Below, piece by piece: positions 38,532 to 47,743 of a stretch of 64,000 bases of DNA; the stretch's first letter is position 1, and every line of letters begins with the position of its first letter. Source of the DNA: Candidatus Staskawiczbacteria bacterium RIFCSPHIGHO2_01_FULL_39_25 (GTDB lineage: Bacteria; Patescibacteriota; Minisyncoccia; Minisyncoccales; Staskawiczbacteraceae); the NCBI GenBank assembly GCA_001820095.1, contig MHOO01000003.1:987-64986 (forward strand). The letters run 5' to 3'. A program made the translations under genes and the position numbers. The notes beneath the pieces are model-generated. The model was not told the DNA's origin. It saw nothing but the letters and a program-made list of their open reading frames with translations, and ran no database searches.

Positions 38532-39773
38532 ATGCTCCAGTCTAAATTATTCTACAAGACCAATAAAAATAAATCGGCTAATGCAGATTCTGTTTCCCAT
38601 GACCTGTTAATCAGGGCGGGGTACATAGACCAGCTTATGGCTGGCGTATACACCTTTTTGCCACTAGGCTTTAAAGTGTTTAAAAATGTGGAACACATCA
38701 TCAGGGATCATATGGAGCAGATTGGCGGGCAAGAGCTATTAATGCCCGTCTTGCACCCCAAAGAAAATTGGGTGAAAACCGGAAGGATTGAAAAGGAAAA
38801 GGAAATTTTATTTGTGGTAAAAGGCAATGGAGAAAAAGAATACGTGCTTGGCCCAACCCATGAAGAGATAGTGTCGCCATTGGCGCGGAAAATCATCTTT
38901 TCGTATAAAGATTTGCCCTTGTATGTCTTTCAGATACAGGAAAAATTCAGGGATGAGCTGCGGCCCAAGTCAGGGCTGTTAAGGACCCGTGAGTTTGCTA
39001 TGAAAGATTTTTACTCATTCCATGCAAACCAAGCTGACCTTGATTCTTATTATGCGACAGTTGCCAAAGCGTATAAAAATATTTTTTCAGAATGCGGCAT
39101 CGGGAAAATAACCTACCGGACGCTGGCATCGGGCGGAAGCTTTTCAAAATATTCTGATGAATTCCAGATGCTGACCGAGGCCGGCGAAGACACTGTTTTT
39201 ATCTGCAAAAAATGCAAGCTGGCAATTAACAAAGAAATAAAGGCGGAAAATCCATCGTGCCCGGAATGCAAGAATAGCGATTTTGAAGAGAAAAAATCAA
39301 TTGAGGTGGGCAATATTTTTAAGATGGGTACGCGGTACTCATTGCCGTTTGAATTGAAGTTTACCGATAAAGACGGCCACGACAAACCGGTGATTATGGG
39401 TTGCTATGGCATTGGCTTGGGCAGGCTTATGGGGGCAGTAGTGGAGGCATCGCATGACGAGAAGGGAATTATATGGCCAAAAACCATCGCGCCATTCTCG
39501 GTACATTTGCTGCAGCTTGACGGCAAGCCAAAAATACAGGCTGCCGCCAAGAAAATATATGCGCAGTTGCAAAAAGAAAATATTGAAGTATTATACGATG
39601 ATAGGCAGAACAAGGCTGCCGGAGAAAAATTCGCCGATGCTGATTTGCTGGGAATTCCTTATAGGATTGTAGTTTCAGAAAAAACATTTGCAAAAAATTC
39701 TGTGGAATTCAAAGAAAGGGGCAAAGCGGCAATAAAATTGGTAAAAATCAACCAGCTTTCCAAATTATTTTAA
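38532..39773 (+). CDS. proS: Proline-tRNA ligase (short form)
   Basis: LGPTHEE, FRDELRP, MGCYGIG. Confidence 0.95.
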   Translation: MLQSKLFYKTNKNKSANADSVSHDLLIRAGYIDQLMAGVYTFLPLGFKVFKNVEHIIRDHMEQIGGQELLMPVLHPKENWVKTGRIEKEKEILFVVKGNGEKEYVLGPTHEEIVSPLARKIIFSYKDLPLYVFQIQEKFRDELRPKSGLLRTREFAMKDFYSFHANQADLDSYYATVAKAYKNIFSECGIGKITYRTLASGGSFSKYSDEFQMLTEAGEDTVFICKKCKLAINKEIKAENPSCPECKNSDFEEKKSIEVGNIFKMGTRYSLPFELKFTDKDGHDKPVIMGCYGIGLGRLMGAVVEASHDEKGIIWPKTIAPFSVHLLQLDGKPKIQAAAKKIYAQLQKENIEVLYDDRQNKAAGEKFADADLLGIPYRIVVSEKTFAKNSVEFKERGKAAIKLVKINQLSKLF

Positions 39774-39782
39774 TTATATTGT

Positions 39783-40844
39783 ATGCTTAATAAACTTTTC
39801 TCATTTTTATCGCTGGATATGGCCATTGATCTTGGAACGGCCAATTCTTTGGTATACGTTAAAGATAGGGGAATCATTATCAATGAACCGTCCGTGGTGG
39901 CCGTCAATAATAAAACGGGCCAGATTTTGTCTATTGGCGAAGAGGCAAAAAAAATGGTGGGGCGCACTCCTTCCTACATTACTGCCACCAGGCCTCTGGT
40001 CAATGGCGTCATATCAGACTTTGAGGTTACCGAGCAGATGCTCAAATACTTTATTGAAAAAGCGGTAGCCGGCAGCAAGAAAATGTTCCGGTTCGGCTAT
40101 ATGCCGAGGGTCATTATTGGAATTCCCTGCGGAGTCACCGAAGTGGAACGGAAAGCCGTGCGAGACGCCGCCAAGAATGCGGGCGCCAGGACGGTTTTTT
40201 TAATTGAGGAGCCGGTGGCTTCAGCCATTGGGGCAAAGCTTCCCATCCAGGAAGCAGGCGGGAATTTCATTGTTGATATTGGCGGGGGGACTACAGAAGT
40301 AGCGGTAATTTCGTTAGGTGGCATTGTGGCATTCCGTAGCTTGCGGGTGGCCGGAGACAAGCTGAATGATGATATTGTCCAGTTTGCCCAAAAGGAATAC
40401 AAGCTTTTAATTGGTGAAAGGACGGCTGAACATATTAAGATAAACATCGGGTCAGCCATGCCCTTAAAAGATAAAAAAGAGATGCCTATGCGCGGGCGTA
40501 ATTTGGTTACGGGGCTTCCAGAAGAGGTGGTTATTTTCAATGATGATGTGCAGAGGGCATTAGAGCGGTCAGTACGCCAGATTGTAGCTGCCATTAAAAC
40601 CACTATTGAAGAAACCCCGCCAGAACTTCTGGCCGACGTGATGACCAATGGCATTTATCTGGCCGGCGGGGGATCGTTGCTTAAGGGTCTTGATGCGCTT
40701 ATTGCCAGAGAAACAAAAATGCCATGCAAAATTATTGATGACCCGTTGACTTCCGTAGTTCGCGGATCGGGCATGGCGTTAGAAAATATAGAAACGCTGA
40801 TAGGATTGGTGCAGAAGGATGAAGAGTGGGCAGGGCCAATCTAA
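39783..40844 (+). CDS. mreB: Rod-shape actin MreB, paralog 2
   Basis: IDLGTAN, DIGGGTTEVA, TPPEL. Confidence 0.93.
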   Translation: MLNKLFSFLSLDMAIDLGTANSLVYVKDRGIIINEPSVVAVNNKTGQILSIGEEAKKMVGRTPSYITATRPLVNGVISDFEVTEQMLKYFIEKAVAGSKKMFRFGYMPRVIIGIPCGVTEVERKAVRDAAKNAGARTVFLIEEPVASAIGAKLPIQEAGGNFIVDIGGGTTEVAVISLGGIVAFRSLRVAGDKLNDDIVQFAQKEYKLLIGERTAEHIKINIGSAMPLKDKKEMPMRGRNLVTGLPEEVVIFNDDVQRALERSVRQIVAAIKTTIEETPPELLADVMTNGIYLAGGGSLLKGLDALIARETKMPCKIIDDPLTSVVRGSGMALENIETLIGLVQKDEEWAGPI

Positions 40845-40925
40845 TTTTCAATTTTCAATTTTAAATTTTCAATAAGTAGGTATCAAAATTTCGACAAAGC
40901 GAAATTTTGATGAGTTTAAAATTTA
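40843..40925 (+). repeat. Family D element
   Basis: (TTTTCAA)n TAAGTAGGTATCAAAATTTCG-ACAAAG-CGAAATTTTGAT. Confidence 0.75.
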
Positions 40926-41121
40926 TATAAAAAAAGAGGCCCCGGGCGCGTAATGCGTCGGGGGCTTTTGGTTTCCAGGGTGCAAAATACGATATTTGAC
41001 TTCATAACTTCATTATAGCATAGGCAAGGGTATATGTCAATAGTTGTGAGAATTTGTCAAGTTTGATAGAATAAATCAACAATATTCGTAATTCGCTTAG
41101 ATTTGTAATTCGTAAGAAGAG

Positions 41122-41409
41122 ATGATTTCTAAAGACCAAGTAAAACATATCGCAAAATTGGCGCGGCTGGAATTAACGGAAAAAGAAACGGAAAAAATGC
41201 AGCATGATTTGTCTGCTATTTTGGATTATTTTAATGTCTTAAAAAAGGTAAAGTCCCAAAAAATTAAAACTACTGAAAAGACCGTAGAGTTGGAGAAAGT
41301 AACACGAGAGGACAAGGTGGGTGAGAAACATCCTGGTGAGGCCGGCGACCTGCTTAGATTAGCTCCCAGCACGAAAGATGGATACATTAAAGTGAAGAAC
41401 ATTTTCTAA
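41122..41409 (+). CDS. gatC: Asp/Glu-tRNA amidotransferase subunit C
   Basis: V.HIAKLARL, REDK, GYIKV. Confidence 0.93.
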   Translation: MISKDQVKHIAKLARLELTEKETEKMQHDLSAILDYFNVLKKVKSQKIKTTEKTVELEKVTREDKVGEKHPGEAGDLLRLAPSTKDGYIKVKNIF

Positions 41410-41548
41410 TTTCTAATTATTCTAATTGTTTCTAATTGACCTAAAGAATTCCTAATCTACGAAATCCCAACGCGTCCAGATAATTAGGCATTTTAGAATT
41501 AGGATTTGATTAGAATAATTAGGTTAATTAGTATAATTAGGTTAATTC
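41405..41548 (+). repeat. Family E element
   Basis: CTAATT units then AATTAG units; abuts gatA ATG. Confidence 0.8.
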
Positions 41549-42970
41549 ATGGAAAGTTTACTCGATCTCACCATCTCCCAAGCGCATAACGGTTTGAAAA
41601 ACAAGGATTTTTCTAGTACGGAAATTACCAAAGCCTACTTAGACCAGATAAAAAAAACCGACGGCGCGCTGAATTCTTACCTATCAATAACGGAAGAGCT
41701 GGCAGTAGAACAGGCGGAGGCGGCTGATAAGATTATTGCCACCCAGAAAGAATTTTCTCCTTTACTGGGCGTACCCTGTTCTATAAAAGATGCTATTTTG
41801 GTGCAGGGGGCTCCGTGTACTGCGGCCTCAAAAGTATTGGAAAATTATGTTGCTCCTTATGATGCAACAGTAATTAAAAAATTGAAAAAAGACGGCGCCG
41901 TAATATTAGGCAAAACAAACTTGGATGAATTTGCCATGGGAGTTTCTACAGAAAACTCGGCGTTTCAAGTTACAAAAAATCCGCATGACCAAGCCCATGT
42001 TCCGGGGGGAAGTTCGGGAGGGTCTGCGGCATCGGTAGCTGGCAAGCAAGCCTGCTATTCTTTGGGTTCTGATACGGGAGGGTCTATTAGGCTGCCGGCT
42101 TCTTTCTGCGGGGTAGTGGGGTTAAATCCTACCTATGGAGCGGTTTCTCGCTATGGGTTGATTGCGCTGGCTTCATCATTAGACCAGATAGGGCCTATGG
42201 CAAAAACGGTTGAGGACACGAAAATAGTATTTAACGCCATTTCAGGGAAGGATGCGCTTGATGCCACTTCGGTTGAATATCAATTTGAAGAATCTGAAAT
42301 TTCTTTAAAAGGGCTTACCATTGGCGTTCCCAAAGAGTATTTTGAAAAGGGCATGGATAAAGAGGTAGAGGCCATTATAAAAAATGCCATTAAGAAAGCT
42401 CAAGAACAGGGCGCTAAAATCCAGGAAATCAGCTTGCCTCATACCAAATATGCTATTGCCTGTTACTATATCATTGTGCCTTCGGAAGCTTCCGCCAATT
42501 TAGCAAGATATGATGGTATAAAGTATGGGTTAAGCAAACAAGAATCAAAAGATTTGCTGTCAGTATATGTGCAGTCGCGCGGCGAAGGATTTGGAGCGGA
42601 GCCAAAGCGCAGGATTTTGGTGGGAACCCATGCGCTTTCCAGCGGGTACTACGACGCTTATTATAAAAAAGCCCAAGAGGTGCGGGGATTAATCAGGCAA
42701 GATTTTATTAATGCTTTTAAGAAGGTAGATGTCATTTTTAGCCCGGTCTCTCCATTTCCCGCTTTTAAAGTAGCAGAAAAGGTAGATGACCCGCTTTCTA
42801 TGTATTTGGTGGATGTGTATACTGGGTCGGTAAAGTTGGCGGGGTTGCCTGCTTTATCATTGCCGGCGGGAAAGGCGGGCAAATTACCGGTTGGGCTTCA
42901 GATTATTGGGAACTATTTTGAAGAAAATAAGATATTATCAATTGCCCAGCAGATGGAAAAATTGGTATAA
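41549..42970 (+). CDS. gatA: Asp/Glu-tRNA amidotransferase subunit A
   Basis: GKTNLDEFAMG, GGSSGGS, GSDTGGSIR. Confidence 0.96.
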   Translation: MESLLDLTISQAHNGLKNKDFSSTEITKAYLDQIKKTDGALNSYLSITEELAVEQAEAADKIIATQKEFSPLLGVPCSIKDAILVQGAPCTAASKVLENYVAPYDATVIKKLKKDGAVILGKTNLDEFAMGVSTENSAFQVTKNPHDQAHVPGGSSGGSAASVAGKQACYSLGSDTGGSIRLPASFCGVVGLNPTYGAVSRYGLIALASSLDQIGPMAKTVEDTKIVFNAISGKDALDATSVEYQFEESEISLKGLTIGVPKEYFEKGMDKEVEAIIKNAIKKAQEQGAKIQEISLPHTKYAIACYYIIVPSEASANLARYDGIKYGLSKQESKDLLSVYVQSRGEGFGAEPKRRILVGTHALSSGYYDAYYKKAQEVRGLIRQDFINAFKKVDVIFSPVSPFPAFKVAEKVDDPLSMYLVDVYTGSVKLAGLPALSLPAGKAGKLPVGLQIIGNYFEENKILSIAQQMEKLV

Positions 42971-42993
42971 TAATTAAACGTTGTAACTTACAT

Positions 42994-43539
42994 ATGACAT
43001 ATTGGGAACAGTGGTATAGTTTATTTGGAATAACCGATTTTATTTACTTTATTTCTTCTCCAAAAATCCAAGAAGAGCTTTTTCCCATAAAGCTGGTGTT
43101 TATCTTTTTTACCATATTTTTCTTGGGCGCCGTCATTTGGTTTTATATGAATAGCAGTTATCTGACCTATAAATTTTCGCAAGATGTGACAGAATTCTTA
43201 TCATGGCAGGCATACGGTTTAAAAGAAGTGAATAAACGTTGGAAAAAAATTATGAAACGGATGGAAACTGATTTAGAGCCGGAATATAAAATAGCAGTGA
43301 TAGAGGCAGATGATTTATTGTATCAAATGCTAGATGAGCGAGGATATGAAGGAGAAACCTTTGAGGAACTGGCTAAGAATGCCAGTAAAAAGATGTCAGT
43401 TAATGTGGAAGACATTTTAGAAGCCCATACGGTAAGGAACTCAATAGTGTACAACCCTGACTTTAAACTGGATGCAGAAACCGCCAGAAAGATGTTATTA
43501 AATTATGAAAACGCCATAAAAAATATCGCCGTTGCTTAG
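42994..43539 (+). CDS. Hypothetical membrane-anchored protein
   Basis: One TM; AVIEAD..L, GETF.E, AH.VRN.I motifs. Confidence 0.7.
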   Translation: MTYWEQWYSLFGITDFIYFISSPKIQEELFPIKLVFIFFTIFFLGAVIWFYMNSSYLTYKFSQDVTEFLSWQAYGLKEVNKRWKKIMKRMETDLEPEYKIAVIEADDLLYQMLDERGYEGETFEELAKNASKKMSVNVEDILEAHTVRNSIVYNPDFKLDAETARKMLLNYENAIKNIAVA

Positions 43540-43758
43540 CGAAAAACTAGCCTTTAGGGGCTAGTTTTTTGTTGCAAAAGTTGTAGAATGAAATCAGCAG
43601 AATTTACTGGTATAGATTAAGACCGGCAGACCACAAAATGGTGCTTAATCCCACTAGGATAATGAGAATAGTCCAGATAATCCTAAAAACTTTTTTCGAT
43701 TTAAATTTCATTTTTTATATTATTTTATTTATATTAGTGAGTATTCGTGTTTATTGCC

Positions 43759-44175
43759 ATGATAGCAGATTTTAAAAATAAACAAAAGAAGGGCCCGTGG
43801 AGCAAACTTTTATTTGCTTTGGGGGGCGTGTTAATTTTATTGGTGTTTGTTGTTTTAGTTATTGCAAATATCAAGGTATACAACAAAAGGAAGGAGCTTG
43901 CTACGCAGGTTGATAATTTAAAAAACAAGATAGAAGCTATCCAGCAGAAAAATGAAGATTTAAAAAAGGGCATATCAAAATCAAACGATGATGCCTATAT
44001 AGAAAAGGTGGCGCGAGAGGATCTGGATTTGCAGAAAGAGGGCGAAACAGTAATTTCTTTTATAAAAGCGCCAAACCAGCAGTCATCCAATAATAGAGAA
44101 AAGAGGAATATTCTGCAGGCGTGGCTGGGGTGGGCGAGCAGCGGCTGGGACTGGCTGAAAAATAGTTTTAAATAA
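43759..44175 (+). CDS. Septum formation initiator (FtsB/DivIC-like)
   Basis: TM, coiled coil, YIEKVARE.L.L.KEGE. Confidence 0.85.
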   Translation: MIADFKNKQKKGPWSKLLFALGGVLILLVFVVLVIANIKVYNKRKELATQVDNLKNKIEAIQQKNEDLKKGISKSNDDAYIEKVAREDLDLQKEGETVISFIKAPNQQSSNNREKRNILQAWLGWASSGWDWLKNSFK

Positions 44176-44179
44176 GTTT

Positions 44180-44253
44180 GCGGGCATCGTATAGTGGCAG
44201 TACGTAACCTTCCCAAGGTTAAAGTGTGAGTTCGATTCTCATTGCCCGCTCCA
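44180..44253 (+). tRNA. tRNA-Gly(CCC) with CCA
   Basis: GCGGGCA/TGCCCGC acceptor, loop TTCCCAA, GTTCGA. Confidence 0.93.
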
Positions 44254-44431
44254 CTAGAAAACTAATCGGCTTTTTATCGAGGATTTTGACGGCCACGCGA
44301 AGCGCGGCCCACGGTTTTTGTAAGGGGAGAACCGTTCCGTCTGTTCCGAAAAGTCGCGCCTCGCGGTTTTGCAAAATGAGGTTCGAGCCGACGATTTCTT
44401 TGATTGCAATAACGAATAAAAAAATCCCCAA
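44219..44431 (-). pseudogene. Probable recombinase C-terminal remnant reading into tRNA-Gly antisense
   Basis: GSNLILQNREA...PWAALR...FLVE|RAMRIELT; homologous to 45242-45466. Confidence 0.5.
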
Positions 44432-44470
44432 CTTTGGTAAGTTGGGGTCTGTTGTTTTTCGACTGCTCTA

Positions 44471-44740
44471 TTAGTGAGTAGCAGTCAATTCCTCGTGTTT
44501 CTGATCTTGAGAATTGTCGGGACTGTATTGCCCCTCTGTTTTCTCAAGTAGGTATTGAATGAATCCTCCGATGCCAGCGCCGATTAATCCAACGCCGAGA
44601 GCAATGACAGGGGTGGGATCCCCCAGTTTTTCGTTTTCATGGTGGATCGCAACCACAATCAGTGCGACCACCCCCAAAACGAAGGGGAATACGTAGAGCA
44701 GAATTAATCCCCACGTCATTTCTCTGATCTTGGTCATCAT
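44471..44740 (-). CDS. 2-TM hypothetical protein
   Basis: AGGAGG RBS upstream; two hydrophobic helices. Confidence 0.7.
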   Translation of the reverse strand: MMTKIREMTWGLILLYVFPFVLGVVALIVVAIHHENEKLGDPTPVIALGVGLIGAGIGGFIQYLLEKTEGQYSPDNSQDQKHEELTATH

Positions 44741-44752
44741 GGCTTGCCTCCT

Positions 44753-45169
44753 TTAGAGTTTGGTGAACGAAACGCAGAACACAACGATCCATACGAGAAT
44801 AAATCCAGCTGGTAAAAAACTAAGGAGCCTATGGAATGTTGGCCCTCTATTGATTCTGTCCCATTCGGGGCCAATGAACACGTTGACTGTATCTGGTTCT
44901 TCCGCGTGCTTCATTTGTGCAAGCCGCGTCTGCCAGTATTCAACCCACTGTTGACTCTTCATGTTGATTAGAAACCATATCACTCCAATGATCATGCCAA
45001 ACAACCCTATGCTGAAAAACAACCCAAACCCTGCATCTCTCGTGAAAAGAACCGAGAGCATCGCCGAATTGATGATCATGAACATCTGGCTCCTTGACCA
45101 TCGTAACGTGACTTCCGTGTTACGCGACATTGCCATGCCAGTGTACATTGCTTTTTCGTCGTTTGTCAT
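44753..45169 (-). CDS. 3-TM small membrane protein (possibly RipA/Rip1-like)
   Basis: RW.RSQMF...NS, W...N..S..W..YW; AAGGAG RBS. Confidence 0.6.
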   Translation of the reverse strand: MTNDEKAMYTGMAMSRNTEVTLRWSRSQMFMIINSAMLSVLFTRDAGFGLFFSIGLFGMIIGVIWFLINMKSQQWVEYWQTRLAQMKHAEEPDTVNVFIGPEWDRINRGPTFHRLLSFLPAGFILVWIVVFCVSFTKL

Positions 45170-45241
45170 GCAAGTTTCTCCCTTCTGGGGATCGAGATTT
45201 GAATGTGCTACACTATCCTCTTATACCAAACTAAATACTAA

Positions 45242-45466
45242 ATGTCAATTTTTTTTAAATCCAGGGCGAAGCAAAAACGAACGACGGCGAACCTCATTTT
45301 GCAAAACCGCGAGGCGGCCATCAGGCTACCGAGCGGAACGGAAATCTCGTTCAAAACGCACTGGGGAGCCGTTCGCGACGTCCGCCGGTTCGTCGGCCAA
45401 AAATCAAAATGTTTTATTGTGGAGTATATATACAACCACGCTAAAACCTATTTTGTGGAAAATTGA
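45242..45466 (+). pseudogene. Second recombinase-tail remnant, uninterrupted
   Basis: NLILQNREA...HWGAVR...FIVE|YIYNHAKTYFVEN. Confidence 0.5.
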
Positions 45467-45589
45467 CGAACGAACCGACGACGAACAAGACCGTATGCCC
45501 GCGGGCACACGGGGCGAAACAAACGACGAGCAAAAATTTTCTGGGCTGGGGGGAGAAAATTTTTGCCGTTAAGGCGAGTAAATTTTAAA
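45422..45589 (+). repeat. 168-bp perfect inverted repeat, left copy
   Basis: Reverse complement of 47079-47246. Confidence 0.95.
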
Positions 45590-45633
45590 TATTGAGAATT
45601 TAGATAAAAGATGATAATATATATGTAAATATT

Positions 45634-46548
45634 ATGAATCAAAAAGGTTTTATTCAAATACCTGTACTCGTCTCAATTATTGTGGGTGTTTTAATTTTGG
45701 GTAGTGGAGGATATTTTGGAGTAAAACAATATAGAAACTATCAATTAGAAAGAATTGAAAAAGAAAAAATTTATCAAACAGAAAAAGAAACTCAACAGCA
45801 AAAAGATTTGGAAGTTGAAAAGTTGAAAAAAGAGGTAGAGGAATTAAAAAATAAGAAACCAGAGGTTGTACAACAAACCATAGTTAAAGAAGTTATTGTG
45901 CCAAAAACAGAAATGGATCTTCCATCTATAATTAAACAATGGAGACCCAGAATAGTCTATATTGTTTGTGAATGGAGGTATTCTGATACTGGAGAAGTTT
46001 ATGCTCAAGGCAGCGGCTCAGGATTACTTTTTGCAAAATCTAAAGACAATTTAGCTTTACTTGTAATGACAAACAAACATGTTTTAGCGGATGGTCAATA
46101 TGTGGCAAGTTCGTGCGATATTTCTTTTCCTAGTTTAAATGAAACATTTAAGGTGAGTACAAATTCTTTGATGGAATCTGTTTCGGGACTTGACTGGGGA
46201 TTAATTCGTTTCCAATCTTCCAACGGATACTTGAATTCTCTTGTTGTATCTGGTCCCATTGAATCATATCCCTCTGTTTGTAAAAAACCTGCGTTAGTAG
46301 GAGATGAAATAGTTATTTTAGGTTATCCTGGAATTGGTTCTCAATCTGATATAACAGCGACAGAAGGAATAATCTCAGGGCGTGATGGAGATTATTACAT
46401 TACCTCTGCTAAAATCGATCGTGGTAATTCTGGTGGAGCTGCTATATCTTTAAAAGACAATTGCTATCTAGGTATTCCAAGTTTTGCACAAGTTGGTCAA
46501 ATAGAATCCTTGGGAAGGATTTTAGACATAGAAGCAGTGTATAAATAA
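45634..46548 (+). CDS. Membrane-anchored trypsin-like serine protease
   Basis: KG|FIQI pilin-like leader and TM, TNKHV, GYP, GNSGG. Confidence 0.85.
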   Translation: MNQKGFIQIPVLVSIIVGVLILGSGGYFGVKQYRNYQLERIEKEKIYQTEKETQQQKDLEVEKLKKEVEELKNKKPEVVQQTIVKEVIVPKTEMDLPSIIKQWRPRIVYIVCEWRYSDTGEVYAQGSGSGLLFAKSKDNLALLVMTNKHVLADGQYVASSCDISFPSLNETFKVSTNSLMESVSGLDWGLIRFQSSNGYLNSLVVSGPIESYPSVCKKPALVGDEIVILGYPGIGSQSDITATEGIISGRDGDYYITSAKIDRGNSGGAAISLKDNCYLGIPSFAQVGQIESLGRILDIEAVYK

Positions 46549-46561
46549 TCACAGTATTATA

Positions 46562-47068
46562 ATGACAAATGAACTAAAAACATGTAGCGATTGCGGTCAA
46601 GAACTTAGGAGGTGTTTGAAATGCAAACAAGTGATAAAAATTGGTGATGATAAAAGAAAAAGTATTGGATTTAAACTTCTTATTATCTTTATAGTTTTAT
46701 TTTTTGTTTCGATTGTTTTGCTGAATTTTAAATTTGATATATTCTATAAATTGATAGCAGAAAATCAAAGTTTTTTTGGGCAAATAATTTTTATCTTTGC
46801 ATTTTGCATATTAGGAATTTCTTCTAGGGCATTTAGTTTTTATTATAGAGCGAAAAGAGAAGGTTTTGCATGGAGGACATCTAACCCCCAGCAGGTATAT
46901 TTTGTTGAATATTTGATTATTAGTTTTGTAGCTTCGGTTTTTATATTCTCTATTCTAATAATCATGTCGTCGCTGCCAACTTATATTTTTTATCTATTGG
47001 GCGGTTCAGTTGGTATTGTGGCCGGATATAGAGGATATGCATTTTTAGACAATATGAGGATTGGATAG
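46562..47068 (+). CDS. 4-TM protein with N-terminal CxxC..CxxC
   Basis: CSDC, CLKC, hydrophobic helices. Confidence 0.65.
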   Translation: MTNELKTCSDCGQELRRCLKCKQVIKIGDDKRKSIGFKLLIIFIVLFFVSIVLLNFKFDIFYKLIAENQSFFGQIIFIFAFCILGISSRAFSFYYRAKREGFAWRTSNPQQVYFVEYLIISFVASVFIFSILIIMSSLPTYIFYLLGGSVGIVAGYRGYAFLDNMRIG

Positions 47069-47078
47069 TAAAACATAT

Positions 47079-47246
47079 TTTAAAATTTACTCGCCTTAAC
47101 GGCAAAAATTTTCTCCCCCCAGCCCAGAAAATTTTTGCTCGTCGTTTGTTTCGCCCCGTGTGCCCGCGGGCATACGGTCTTGTTCGTCGTCGGTTCGTTC
47201 GTCAATTTTCCACAAAATAGGTTTTAGCGTGGTTGTATATATACTC
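47079..47246 (-). repeat. 168-bp perfect inverted repeat, right copy
   Basis: Reverse complement of 45422-45589. Confidence 0.95.
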
Positions 47247-47339
47247 TGGTTTAAATAGGGGTAATGGAAGAAAAAATAGAGTAGTAAGCAAAAGAGCCAG
47301 GGATGGGCGTTTATTTATGGAGCAAAATAAAGAAATTGT

Positions 47340-47410
47340 GCCGCTTTAGCTTAGTGGCAAAGCAATGCTTTCGTAAAGCATGGACGCAAGTTCGATTCTT
47401 GCAAGCGGCT
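47340..47410 (+). tRNA. tRNA-Thr(CGT)
   Basis: GCCGCTT/AAGCGGC acceptor, loop TTCGTAA. Confidence 0.92.
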
Positions 47411-47458
47411 CTTGATATAACCTTCTCAATATGGTATTAGCTAGATAGCACCAATTTT

Positions 47459-47712
47459 TAGGGCAGGGTCGGGGGACCTCTGCCTAGCACGACGGCTGAT
47501 GAGACGGTTTGAGTTACCTTGCCAAGGTTGAAACTGCGGCAATGTTTCTCCCTCAACAAGCGGAAGCTTGTTTTATACTGTGACAAGGGCAGGCATTTTT
47601 AGGTTCCGGGCCTGAACCCGCAGCGTATGCTGCTTAGCAGTATATGTTGAGGCCAAAACCTTGGCTCTTAGTCGTCAGGGGCTGTGTGGAATATTACACA
47701 CAGCCCTTTTTT
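47459..47712 (+). ncRNA. Unassigned structured RNA with terminator
   Basis: GC-rich; closing stem 47491/47676, inner helices, terminator 47678-47712. Confidence 0.5.
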
Positions 47713-47743
47713 CTTTATAAAAAATATATTACATTTAAAGAAA

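Larger units (their letters stand above)
44249..47246. mobile_element. Integrase-less island at tRNA-Gly
   Basis: CTC core at both ends, split recombinase-like tail, internal inverted copy, accessory genes. Confidence 0.65.

Noticed and set aside
34375..40844. Two mreB paralogs as a novelty
   Set aside because: Multiple MreB/Mbl paralogs are common
43639..43660. preQ1-II riboswitch (TGGTGCTTA)
   Set aside because: Only a short match; downstream elements and gene context are missing
44961..45572. 203-aa plus-strand ORF
   Set aside because: Antisense to a better-supported gene and runs through repeat sequence
45422..47246. IS or composite transposon
   Set aside because: No transposase and no target-site duplication seen
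47496..47535. Hammerhead ribozyme (CTGATGA...GAAA)
   Set aside because: No convincing stem II, and CTGATGAG is better used in the long closing stem
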